This document shows, in pieces, positions 7,304-15,872 of a stretch of DNA of 32,000 bases. The stretch is from positions 60,001-92,000 of the forward strand of contig CP008937.1 in the NCBI GenBank assembly GCA_000743035.1. The letters are read 5' to 3'. Position 1 is the first letter of the stretch. Every line of letters starts with the position of its first letter. A program made the position numbers and the translations under genes. The DNA comes from Candidatus Paracaedimonas acanthamoebae (GTDB lineage Bacteria > Pseudomonadota > Alphaproteobacteria > Caedimonadales > Caedimonadaceae). Below the pieces are notes generated by a model. That model was not told the origin of the DNA. It saw only the letters and a program-made list of their open reading frames with translations, and ran no database searches.

Positions 7304-9739
7304 GTGCCTAGAAGTAAAGGGAAAAATCAGAAAAAATCTTCAACTAATAAGACACGTAATGGTGGTATTAAAAAAAACAGGATACAAGAAAATAAAATAT
7401 TAAATCCATTAACAAAAAAACAAAAAAACAACTATGTTTTTTATTTAGAGAGATTTAAAGAAGCGCTTAAAAATGATGCTTTTAGAGAAAGTTACGAAGA
7501 GAATTTAAAGGGTAAATTTTATAAAGAAATGGGATGTCCTGAATTTCAGGAGTTAAAAAAATGTTCAGAAAATCATTCAAAATGGGATTTGGGGTGGCCA
7601 CTTGAGCCTCTTGCTAATCTATTTAATAATATAGCTAAAGATATAAATAATGCTGCGACCAACGTGCAGAAGAAAAAAGAGAAAGAAGAATTAAATAAAA
7701 AAATTCAAGAAGCCGAAGCGGAAGAGCGTAAAAAAGTTCGTGAAGAGGCCCAAGCAAGGGGAACATTTGGCTCGCTTCAAAATAAATATGAAAAGAGAGC
7801 TGATATTACAGAAAGTCAATATTTAGATCTAACAGCTGCTAAATTAAACTTAAACGAAACACAGATGACCTTATCTTTTAAACGAAATGATAGGGTTGAG
7901 AAAACTTGGCATTATAAACATTTTCATAAAAATTTACAGAATGTAAAGCGCCTAAGGACAGAAGTAGGAAAACCAGCATTAGGTAAACAAGAAAGTTTTG
8001 AATTTGTAAGAGGAGAAGGGGCTAAAACTACTTCTTTAGGGCATGTAAATATTTTGAGCATTGAAGATGTTTACAAGACAAGAGAGGCTTTGAAGGCGAT
8101 ATATCTGCAAAAAAACAAAAATTATATTACAACTTCTATTACTCTCCCTCAGGATATACTAAAGAAGGGTAAATTTCGGTATGAATTTGCGGAAGGAACA
8201 GATATAGGCCTTTATCCTACTCATATTGTAAGTGAAGAAAAAGATCTTCAGCTTAAAATTCAGCGTACTAGTCAAGCGCCCGCGTATAAAGAGCTAGCTA
8301 AGATGCTTGATTCAGGGTTAGGTGAGTTGATAAAGAAAGTACTGAGTGAAGATGGAGAAAAAGTTTGGGGAGACACTAAGACAGATCTCACTGAATCTGT
8401 ATCAGCATTAAAGAATGATGACCAAAAAGAAACAGAACTAAAAAAACTTTTAACCAGAGGCATATTAAGAGAAGCAAAACGGCTTACGCGCTTCAAAAAA
8501 CCTAAAAATGAATGGTTAATTTCCAACAATGATACTCTTGATGCTCTTGTCGAATTAGCGATGCTTGCAGAACTAGCGGAATACCATCGTTCAGGGGGGC
8601 ATATTTTAGCCAGGCTGGCCTTGAAAATAGGAGGAGATTCTTTTCAAGAAGTTTACACAGGAAGCCATCCCTTATTTATTGGAGCTAAAGCTGAAAAGGC
8701 TGGAGCTGATGAAGGAGGCGCACAGGCCATGAAAAGAATCTTTGAAAATACTGCCAATGAGCCCGATCAAAAAAATTTATTTAAACTTGTAAGCAGCCTT
8801 CTAATAAATCGATATAACAAAATGACAACTACGGAAGGTCGTGGCATTTATGCTAGAAATTTAGAGGAGTTTGAAGACTGGATGCAACAAGCTCTAAGAA
8901 AAAGCTTAGGGGACGTTCCTGTAAAAAATTCACTCTTAGAAACTCCCTTAATTGAAAATTTGTGGTTAAGTTCTCGGGCAGCATTTCTTTTCCTGAATGA
9001 GAACTATAATGAAACTTTTTTTTGGAAAGATATTTTTTTTAAGAAATGGTTGCCAGAAAATAGTAGAATTCTAGATGAACCACAACAAATTAAACATAAA
9101 AAAGTTATTGATTTTGAAGAAAAAAGTATGGCCTTAGAAGGGAGCCAAGCAAGACTTTTAGAGGCAATTAAAATTGTAGGAAAGCTTAGAGCTGTTAGTA
9201 AAATTTTTAGCAGTAACAATTATTTAACGGTTGATAGCGAACTTCCTTCGGACTATTTTCAGGATCATTTTTTTCCGTGGCTTGATGGCACCATAAACTT
9301 CAACTCTAGATTTGTAACCCAGGAATATCTAAATTTAAGAAGGAAAGGTATGGACAAAGATGCAGCGGTTAAAACTATAGTTTATTATGAGAAAGGAAGA
9401 AAACTTGATTTTCAAGAGGAAGCTTTGGAGAAATATGTAGATACTATCGAAAATGAAAGTGAATCAGGAAAAACAACAAATACATCGAAAAGACCTCTAG
9501 ACCCTGACAGCGAACATGAACCACCAAATAAAAGATTCAAACAAGATAAAATGTTTGAGGATGAACGTGCTACAATACAAGCTAACACCGAATTTGAAAA
9601 GGAAGGAAAAATTTCTGGGGTGGAGGCTGATGATTTAAGTAGTTATGTAGAGTTAAGAGCAAATGGAGTAGATAAAGAAGTGGCTATTCTGTTCATACAG
9701 CAAAATAAATCTTCTTCTTCTTTTAGTGATCAATTTTAG
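7304..9739 (+). CDS. Protein in the tape-measure (gpT) slot. A tape-measure role is inferred from position and length only; the sequence is atypical (Lys/Glu-rich, NLS-like motifs).
   Basis: 811-codon ORF with GTG start 6 nt after GAGGGAAG, lying between E/E' and gpU. Its length is close to P2 gpT as I recall it. I recognise no tape-measure sequence signature. Confidence 0.6.
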   Translation: MPRSKGKNQKKSSTNKTRNGGIKKNRIQENKILNPLTKKQKNNYVFYLERFKEALKNDAFRESYEENLKGKFYKEMGCPEFQELKKCSENHSKWDLGWPLEPLANLFNNIAKDINNAATNVQKKKEKEELNKKIQEAEAEERKKVREEAQARGTFGSLQNKYEKRADITESQYLDLTAAKLNLNETQMTLSFKRNDRVEKTWHYKHFHKNLQNVKRLRTEVGKPALGKQESFEFVRGEGAKTTSLGHVNILSIEDVYKTREALKAIYLQKNKNYITTSITLPQDILKKGKFRYEFAEGTDIGLYPTHIVSEEKDLQLKIQRTSQAPAYKELAKMLDSGLGELIKKVLSEDGEKVWGDTKTDLTESVSALKNDDQKETELKKLLTRGILREAKRLTRFKKPKNEWLISNNDTLDALVELAMLAELAEYHRSGGHILARLALKIGGDSFQEVYTGSHPLFIGAKAEKAGADEGGAQAMKRIFENTANEPDQKNLFKLVSSLLINRYNKMTTTEGRGIYARNLEEFEDWMQQALRKSLGDVPVKNSLLETPLIENLWLSSRAAFLFLNENYNETFFWKDIFFKKWLPENSRILDEPQQIKHKKVIDFEEKSMALEGSQARLLEAIKIVGKLRAVSKIFSSNNYLTVDSELPSDYFQDHFFPWLDGTINFNSRFVTQEYLNLRRKGMDKDAAVKTIVYYEKGRKLDFQEEALEKYVDTIENESESGKTTNTSKRPLDPDSEHEPPNKRFKQDKMFEDERATIQANTEFEKEGKISGVEADDLSSYVELRANGVDKEVAILFIQQNKSSSSFSDQF

Positions 9740-9758
9740 AAGAGAAAGGGAATAACAC

Positions 9759-10160
9759 ATGAGTGTAATGTTAATGTTAGGACCTTATATGTTTTCGGTG
9801 TCAACGGCGGCTTATCAAGATTTAAAGCGGTCAACGGAATACAATTGGACAGAGAAAAAAACCATTAAGCCCGCAAAGGTTAATGCCTCAAAATCATTAC
9901 TTAGGTATAGCGGACTTGGAAGAGAAACAGTTTCCTTAAACGGGATCATTTATCCTGCTTATAAAGGGGGGATTTACCAACTTCCATTAATGCGGGAAAC
10001 CGCAGGTTTAGGACTTCCTCTTCCTTTAATTGGGTTGAGTGGATTTATTTTGGGAAGATGGATTATTGAAAGTATAGATGAAAATCAATCCACATTTCAT
10101 CAATATGGTATTCCTCGAAAAATAGATTTCCATTTAAGTCTTCGACGATATTATGAATAA
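9759..10160 (+). CDS. gpU: Tail protein U (P2 gpU-like)
   Basis: MLMLGPYMFSV..AYQDLKRS, ETVSLNGIIYPAY.GG and GIPRKIDFHLSLRRY match the gpU family pattern (..GTPRKIDF.LSL.. in P2). Confidence 0.9.
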   Translation: MSVMLMLGPYMFSVSTAAYQDLKRSTEYNWTEKKTIKPAKVNASKSLLRYSGLGRETVSLNGIIYPAYKGGIYQLPLMRETAGLGLPLPLIGLSGFILGRWIIESIDENQSTFHQYGIPRKIDFHLSLRRYYE

Positions 10161-10171
10161 GGCAAAATATC

Positions 10172-10501
10172 ATGGCAAGAATTTATATAACCAAGCAAGG
10201 GGATATGCTGGATTGGATCTGCTGGCGGTACTATAGTTACCTCCATCGTATACAAAACCTGGCTGTGGGAGATTATGCGCATATTCCTCATCATGATCTT
10301 ATGGATCAAGAGCCTCTTTTCCCCGTTTCTGGAGGAGCAAAACAGTTCCAAGAAGGTTTTTTAAGAGGCGCAGTGGAGGCTGTTTTGGAAGCTAACCCTG
10401 GACTTGTAGACCAAGGCGTTATTCTCCCTGCAGGTATTAAGGTTACCTTACCTAATTTTGATCCCACTATTATTAAAAATGTTCCGCGTTTGTGGGATTG
10501 A
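10172..10501 (+). CDS. gpX: Tail protein X (P2 gpX-like, LysM-like Phage_tail_X) with an internal insertion
   Basis: QGDMLDWICWRYY ... VEAVLEANPGL....VILPAGIKVTLP are the two halves of the gpX signature. They are separated by about 40 extra residues. Confidence 0.85.
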   Translation: MARIYITKQGDMLDWICWRYYSYLHRIQNLAVGDYAHIPHHDLMDQEPLFPVSGGAKQFQEGFLRGAVEAVLEANPGLVDQGVILPAGIKVTLPNFDPTIIKNVPRLWD

Positions 10502-10503
10502 TT

Positions 10504-11508
10504 ATGGCACTAGCAATTAATTATAAAATCCAGATTGAAAATAAAGAACTTACGTCTTATTTTCATGAACGTTTTTTGTCTCTTACAATTAAAGATTGGG
10601 GGGGAAAACAAAGTGATGAAGCCATTCTTATCTTTGATGATCGACCTTATCCCACTCCTGATACATCGCTCAGTGTTCCTGGATGCGGTGCTTCCTTAGA
10701 TGTTTTTTTAGGACACAGAAATGAGCTCATCGGCATGGGTCAATATATTATCGATGATCGTGTTTTAATTGGACAACCAGACGGCCAATTTTTGAAAATT
10801 TATGCAAAAGGCCTTAATGTTGTCTCTTCTTTCTTAAGCCTTAAAACTCGGTCTTGGGTGAGCCAAGAAGGGGGGCCACCCATGACCTTAGGAACAATCA
10901 TTTCACAAATTGCACAAGAACATTCAATGATTCCCAAGGTGAGCGAAAAACTTAGCCAAATTTCTATTATTCAAGAAAATCAGACACGAGAATCAGATAG
11001 TAACTTCCTTATGCGGTTGGCTAAAAAATATGGAGCATTATTTAAACCTCGTGGAAAGAATCTTGTTTTTGCATCTTTTACAGAAAGCATGAGTATTGAA
11101 GGAAAAAAATTTCCCACATCACTGTTAGGTCCTGCCAATGTTTATAATTGGCGTGTTACTTTTGCTGAACGGAACAAATTTACTCAAGTTCAAGCCTTTT
11201 GGTATGATTATCAAGAAAATAAATTAAAAATGATTAAGGTGGGAACGGAAGGAAAAGTTTTCCAACTTCGTCATCAATATTCTTGCGAAAATGAGACTTT
11301 ATATGCTGCAGAATCCTACTTAAAAAAATTAAGTATGCAGACTGAACATCTTGAATGTCGTATCCCAGGTAATCCTGAACTCCTTGCAGAACACCAAGTA
11401 TCTTTGGCCGGGTTTAAAGAAATAGTGAATGGAAGGTGGACTTTAAGCTCAGTGACTCACAAGGTTAATAGTAAAGATTATGTAACAACTTTTCAAGCTT
11501 ATAGATAA
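10504..11508 (+). CDS. gpD: Late control protein D / baseplate hub (P2 gpD-like, Phage_GPD)
   Basis: LSLTIKDWGGKQSDEAILIFDD, TLGTIISQIAQEH, QTRESDSNFLMRLAKKYGALF and WTLSSVTHKVN parallel P2 gpD. ATG 10504 lies 3 nt after the gpX stop. GTG 10492 (the track start) is an alternative. Confidence 0.9.
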   Translation: MALAINYKIQIENKELTSYFHERFLSLTIKDWGGKQSDEAILIFDDRPYPTPDTSLSVPGCGASLDVFLGHRNELIGMGQYIIDDRVLIGQPDGQFLKIYAKGLNVVSSFLSLKTRSWVSQEGGPPMTLGTIISQIAQEHSMIPKVSEKLSQISIIQENQTRESDSNFLMRLAKKYGALFKPRGKNLVFASFTESMSIEGKKFPTSLLGPANVYNWRVTFAERNKFTQVQAFWYDYQENKLKMIKVGTEGKVFQLRHQYSCENETLYAAESYLKKLSMQTEHLECRIPGNPELLAEHQVSLAGFKEIVNGRWTLSSVTHKVNSKDYVTTFQAYR

Positions 11509-11526
11509 TAGTTAAAGGAGAAAGAG

Positions 11527-11910
11527 ATGAATCAAGGAGAGTCCGTTGCAACTCAACAAGATGTTAAGATGACACTGGCAACAGCTGCCCAAGTGCCATC
11601 AGGAGCTATGCCTAGTTCAGGAGGTCAATGGCAAGCCGGTACAGTGAGCTGTAAATTCCATCAAAAAATTAAAGTAGATGGACAGCCAGTTATTTATGAA
11701 GCTCAATGTATATTCACATATAGCGGAGGAAAGACAGCCGATGGAATCGCAGATTTTCCAACTCCATTTCTGGATACCGTCGTATTAAAGCCAAAGATAG
11801 GAAAATTAAAAGAAAAAAATATTGATGTCTTATTAAATGGCGATGCTTACACAAGTCCATATGGAAATACGTTAGAAATAAAGTCTCACAGGAAGCTTAA
11901 ATTAAACTAG
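11527..11910 (+). CDS. Small hypothetical protein, last gene of the tail operon (function unknown; weak PAAR-like flavour only)
   Basis: 127-aa ORF with ATG 6 nt after AAGGAGAAAGAG, 18 nt after the gpD stop, same strand. Predicted beta-rich. The segments KIKVDGQPVIYEAQC and IDVLLNGDAY are faintly reminiscent of PAAR repeats. Confidence 0.5.
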   Translation: MNQGESVATQQDVKMTLATAAQVPSGAMPSSGGQWQAGTVSCKFHQKIKVDGQPVIYEAQCIFTYSGGKTADGIADFPTPFLDTVVLKPKIGKLKEKNIDVLLNGDAYTSPYGNTLEIKSHRKLKLN

Positions 11911-11971
11911 ATAAAATTCATTTTCGCCTCGCAAAAATAAGCCTGTTCCTTAGAAATTTGATATATATATG

Positions 11972-13129
11972 TTATTCATCTAGAAATCTAGCAAGTTCTT
12001 CTAACTGTGTATCGTACTGTTCAATAACTGCCAATGCGTATGCTTCGAGAGCAGCTATATTTTCAGGGCTTCCATTGTCCATGTCTGCATGATGTTGCTG
12101 AAGAGTTGGCTGAAATCGATAATATTTTCTTCTAAATTTTGTTTTATGAACATCGTAAAAAAATAAATCTTTCATTTGCTGATGAACCGTGTCACTCCCT
12201 GCATTGAAAACAACATCTACAATATCAGCTGCCCAATCAAGCTTCCCTCCTTTGCCAAATTGTGAGCTATCAAAAGAATCAATAGTTGCTTCATCATAAA
12301 GAGATCCTGTACCTAAAGACAAAATTAAGAAATCATTATCATGGCCATAAATTTCAAATGCATGAAGACATGCTGAAAGGGTAGGATTATTAGCAGCAAC
12401 GCCTCCATCAATTAGGGTACGAATTTCTGTTTCATTAAGATTCTTGATTATTGCTGGTGTAAAATATGTAGGAGCTGCAGAAGTTGCGCGAGCAACGTCT
12501 TTCATATAATAATTTTTATATGGATCATTTTGAGAATCATACTTTTTAAAAAAGACTGTTTGATGAGTATTAACATCATAAGCAGGAATGATGACATTTG
12601 TGAGCGAGTCTTTAATTTGTGTATCACCTAGATAAAGATAAAGAAATTTTTCTAAATTTTCTTGTAAGTATTTCTCATCTAGCCATCCATTAAGGCTAAA
12701 TATGAAATGAAAGATTGATTGATCAAAAATATTTTCGCCTAAAGTTTTATAAAGCTGTGCAATAAAATTTGCACGATATCGGGGATAGCCAGAAGCGTTA
12801 GGCTTACTGAGCATTAAAGCAATAATTCCGCCTGTTGAAGTTCCTGCCATGATATCAAAACATTCACTTAAGTGTTTTTTTTTCTTAAGGCGTGCTTCTA
12901 AATTTTCCAGAATTTTGGCTGGAATTATTCCCCGAACACCACCACCATCAATAGCCAGTATCTTAATTACCTTTTTATTAGGTTTTGAAGGAGAGCTATT
13001 AAATAAAGCTGCTGAAGAATTGAAAGAAATACAAACAGACAATAGAATATTTGAGATGTAACTATTTATTTTTGAAAAATTAAACATTTTTATTATTATA
13101 GTCCTAATAGAAATTTTTATATGGAACAT
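11972..13129 (-). CDS. Patatin-like phospholipase with a signal-peptide-like N-terminus
   Basis: Oxyanion-hole motif DGGGVRG, nucleophile elbow GTSTGG (GxSxG) and catalytic Asp motif DGGVAANNP appear in the correct order. Internal ATG 13087 (MFNFSKINSYISNILLSVCISFNSSAA) is a likely true start. Confidence 0.9.
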   Translation of the reverse strand: MFHIKISIRTIIIKMFNFSKINSYISNILLSVCISFNSSAALFNSSPSKPNKKVIKILAIDGGGVRGIIPAKILENLEARLKKKKHLSECFDIMAGTSTGGIIALMLSKPNASGYPRYRANFIAQLYKTLGENIFDQSIFHFIFSLNGWLDEKYLQENLEKFLYLYLGDTQIKDSLTNVIIPAYDVNTHQTVFFKKYDSQNDPYKNYYMKDVARATSAAPTYFTPAIIKNLNETEIRTLIDGGVAANNPTLSACLHAFEIYGHDNDFLILSLGTGSLYDEATIDSFDSSQFGKGGKLDWAADIVDVVFNAGSDTVHQQMKDLFFYDVHKTKFRRKYYRFQPTLQQHHADMDNGSPENIAALEAYALAVIEQYDTQLEELARFLDE

Positions 13130-13189
13130 GTTTTATCATAATAAAATTTATCTGCCACCAACAATTTAAGTAATTCAGCTTAAGAAAAG

Positions 13190-13474
13190 TCATTTTACGG
13201 AGATTTTCATGGAAAAGAGGTGGACCAAAGACAGAATATTTTTTGCAAATAATTGCTTTAATATTTTGTTTAGAAATTTAGTTATTTCTGGGTTTACCAG
13301 GCTGGCTCCTTGGGGACCATTCACCCAATAGCTTGCTAGTAATCTCTCAATTTGTCGTGTACTAATATGAAGAATTTCTGCAGCTTGAACTTGACTTAGA
13401 CGTTTTTCACTTACTTTCTTAATAATTTCAAGGCGATGAAGTTCTTTCTCACTCATAATGACCAGTTTCTCCAT
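13190..13474 (-). pseudogene. Degenerate N-terminal fragment of a transposase (HTH domain, ISNCY/IS1202-like)
   Basis: MSEKELHRLEIIKKVSEKRLSQVQAAEILHISTRQIERLL is the typical N-terminal HTH of such transposases. After about 55 aa the homology continues only in another frame (KAIICKKYSVFGPPLFHENL), so it is frameshifted. No catalytic domain follows. Confidence 0.6.
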
Positions 13475-13659
13475 CTTAAAGCTCCTTGATAAATAGCAGA
13501 TGAGCTACCAACCATACCTTAAGCGGACATTTCTATTTTGCTTAAACTGGACATTATAACTTTGCTGCTACAGTTGTTAAACGCATAATGTTAATTATGG
13601 AAAATGGTATTAATCAAGTGATTGATTTAAAAACAATTCTTATGAAATTAATTTTTATT

Positions 13660-14769
13660 TTATTCTTTCAGGCTATGCTGTTTGAAATCTTTAATTTCTC
13701 TCTTAAGTTCAGCTTCTAATTCAGCTTCTGTCGGTAGATGAAATTGATATGAACTTGCAAATATCTGTTTAGTTTTCTCTCCAAGGGTATATCTAACCAT
13801 AGCATCGCTCTTGTCTGTACATAACACAAGACCAATAGTTGGATTGTCATTTTCTGTTTTGATCTCTTGATCGAAATAATTTACGTAGAATTGTATTTGA
13901 CCCAAATCAGCATGTGTAAGCCGTTTTGTCTTGATATCTATAATGACGTAACATTTTAAAATAACATGATAAAAAACAAGATCCGCATAAAAATGCTCGT
14001 TATCTAGTGTCAAGCGCTTCTGCCTTGCAATAAAGGCAAATCCTTTGCCTAATTCTAATAGAAATCGTTGCAGATTAGTGATAATTGCTTCTTCAAGTTT
14101 AGATTCAACATATTGATGCTCTTCAGGTAAACCTAAAAACTCTAATATTAAAGGTTCTTTAATAGCATCTTCAGGTTTAATTATTTCTTGACCCTTATAT
14201 GAAAGAGCCAAAAGCCCTTCTTTATCTTTGCTTTTAGCCAAACGATCATAAAGCAAACTTCCTATTTGCCTTTGTAATTCACGAGCTGACCAATTGTTCC
14301 TTGAAGCTTCAATCTCATAAAAGGCTCGCGCGTTAAGTCTTTTAACCCTCATCAATTCTCGATAATGGCTCCATCCTAAATTCGAAGTAAATTCAGGAGC
14401 CTGAGATTCGCTACACACTGTGTAGTGAATTGGATATTCGCTTTTAAGTAAGTCATATTCTAAATAAAATTGCCTCATATTGCGCACATTAGATATTGAA
14501 AAACCTCGACCATAATTTTCACAAAGCTTACGAGAAATGTTAGCAATTAGTTCTTGACCATATTTAGCTCTATTAGAGCCTTGTTGCTCAGCATCAATGA
14601 TGTCTTTGCCTATCTTCCAATAGGTTTTAAGCATTTCTCTATCAATAGTTGTAACGACATTAAAGCGTGCTTTATCTATGTAAGTCGATATACGCTGATA
14701 CAAATCATCTAAGTGAGATTTATCTTCACTTAAAACTGATTCACGAGATGGGATTAATTTATTATTCAT
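13660..14769 (-). CDS. PD-(D/E)xK nuclease-domain protein, DUF1016 / YhcG family
   Basis: YWKIGKDII..EQQGSNRAKYGQELIANISRKL...GRGFSISNVRNMRQFYLEY and LEFLGL.....ESKLE.AII.NLQRFLLELGKGFAFIARQKRL....HFYADLVFYH..L.CYVIIDIK are hallmark DUF1016 blocks. Confidence 0.85.
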   Translation of the reverse strand: MNNKLIPSRESVLSEDKSHLDDLYQRISTYIDKARFNVVTTIDREMLKTYWKIGKDIIDAEQQGSNRAKYGQELIANISRKLCENYGRGFSISNVRNMRQFYLEYDLLKSEYPIHYTVCSESQAPEFTSNLGWSHYRELMRVKRLNARAFYEIEASRNNWSARELQRQIGSLLYDRLAKSKDKEGLLALSYKGQEIIKPEDAIKEPLILEFLGLPEEHQYVESKLEEAIITNLQRFLLELGKGFAFIARQKRLTLDNEHFYADLVFYHVILKCYVIIDIKTKRLTHADLGQIQFYVNYFDQEIKTENDNPTIGLVLCTDKSDAMVRYTLGEKTKQIFASSYQFHLPTEAELEAELKREIKDFKQHSLKE

Positions 14770-14994
14770 AAAATAACTGACACTTTAGTCTTATTGATAA
14801 ATATAAAGTCTTCCTTAAGAATTAACATAAAAATGAAGCATTTTAGATTTTTTTTAATTTTCTCAGTTATAACAGTTTTTCATTTAAGAAATGCCTTATC
14901 TTCTGTTTATTAAAAGCCTTTCAAAATAGGAAAAATCCACCTTGCTTCACAACATTTTCTCTTGATATGGTAGCCCAAATCTTACAAAGGAGAG

Positions 14995-15699
14995 GTGGTC
15001 GTGTTTAATTTTCTAATTGGGGCTTTTGTAACCTTTATTGTGATTATTAATCCCTCTGGCATTATTCCAATTTTTATCTCTCTTACCCGTGTTAATTCAG
15101 CAGCACAACGAGCTAAAATTGCACGGAAGGCCACAATTATTTCCCTTATTCTGTTGCCTATTTTTACTTTTGTTGGTGATTATCTGCTTGATTCCTTAGG
15201 GATATCAATCTCGTCCTTTCGTATTGCAGGCGGTATTCTGCTCTTGCTAGCAGCCATTGATATGGTGGTTGCTCGCCATTCAGGGATAAGTTCAACTACC
15301 CCAGATGAGCAACAGGAGGCCCTTCAACGCGATGATATTTCAGTTTTTCCTTTGGCTATTCCTTTAATTGCTGGCCCTGGTGCTCTTGTTTCTGCGGTCA
15401 TCTTGATGCGTGAAGTTGAAGGGGATATTATAATGCAATTGGGGCTTATTGCTGTCTTGGTAATTGTTGTCATGATTATGTATATCTGTTTATTATTGGC
15501 AGAACCCATTAGTAAGTTCTTAGGGGTAACAGGCAGTAATGTTTTAGGGCGTGTGTTTGGAATCATTTTGGTGGCTCTTGCCGTTCAATTCATCATTGAT
15601 GGACTTGGCCAGAGTGTTGGCCATATTTTCAAACCGTCGCCTTCTATACAAGCGCCTGGAAAGACTCCCCTATTTGGCTCTGATACCAGCAATCTTTAA
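14995..15699 (+). CDS. MarC-family (UPF0056) integral membrane protein
   Basis: Multi-pass hydrophobic protein with IINPSGIIPIFISLT, FRIAGGILLLLAAIDMV and ISVFPLAIPLIAGPGALVSAVIL, the conserved MarC-family motifs. GTG start follows AAAGGAGAGG. Confidence 0.9.
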   Translation: MVVFNFLIGAFVTFIVIINPSGIIPIFISLTRVNSAAQRAKIARKATIISLILLPIFTFVGDYLLDSLGISISSFRIAGGILLLLAAIDMVVARHSGISSTTPDEQQEALQRDDISVFPLAIPLIAGPGALVSAVILMREVEGDIIMQLGLIAVLVIVVMIMYICLLLAEPISKFLGVTGSNVLGRVFGIILVALAVQFIIDGLGQSVGHIFKPSPSIQAPGKTPLFGSDTSNL

Positions 15700-15716
15700 T
15701 AGGTTAGACCTTAAAA

Positions 15717-15751
15717 GGTTCTGACACTGTATTAAAGATCAAGGATTATTT
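15717..15751 (-). repeat. Solo copy of the 35-bp 3'-end motif of the IS110-family element seen at 21903-21937
   Basis: The reverse complement (aaataatccttgatctttaatacagtgtcagaacc) differs at 3 of 35 positions from 21903-21937. It lies just downstream of the MarC-family gene. Confidence 0.6.
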
Positions 15752-15872
15752 GCTCAAAAACTAGTGTCCTGTATTAAATTCGCTCAAAATTGATTAAAAA
15801 TTATATTAAATTGCCATATGCCTTTTTGGCAGTTATAAGTAGAAATTATTTCATTCAAAATAGGTAATAGCA

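Noticed and set aside
7370-7428. Homopolymeric A tracts (A9, A7, A7) at the 5' end of the tape-measure-slot gene, as possible phase-variation or slippage sites.
   Set aside because: They are in-frame Lys/Asn codons in a generally A-rich genome, and similar A8 runs occur in other genes (for example gpI). There is no evidence of a frame change here.
47-10351. Track ORFs lying antisense or out of frame inside the tail genes: 47-259(-), 774-1010(-), 3790-3978(-), 4351-4620(-), 4808-5005(-), 4830-5057(+), 6377-6703(-), 8272-8529(-), 9004-9219(-), 10151-10351(-).
   Set aside because: Each is fully nested in a longer ORF with clear family signatures. They have low-complexity or hydrophobic translations typical of shadow ORFs in AT-rich DNA, and no RBS context.
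11911-11971. Possible intrinsic terminator (ttttcgcctcgcaaaaa) between the tail operon and the convergent patatin gene.
   Set aside because: The arms do not actually pair beyond the A/T ends (ttttcgc vs ttttgcg), so there is no stable stem.
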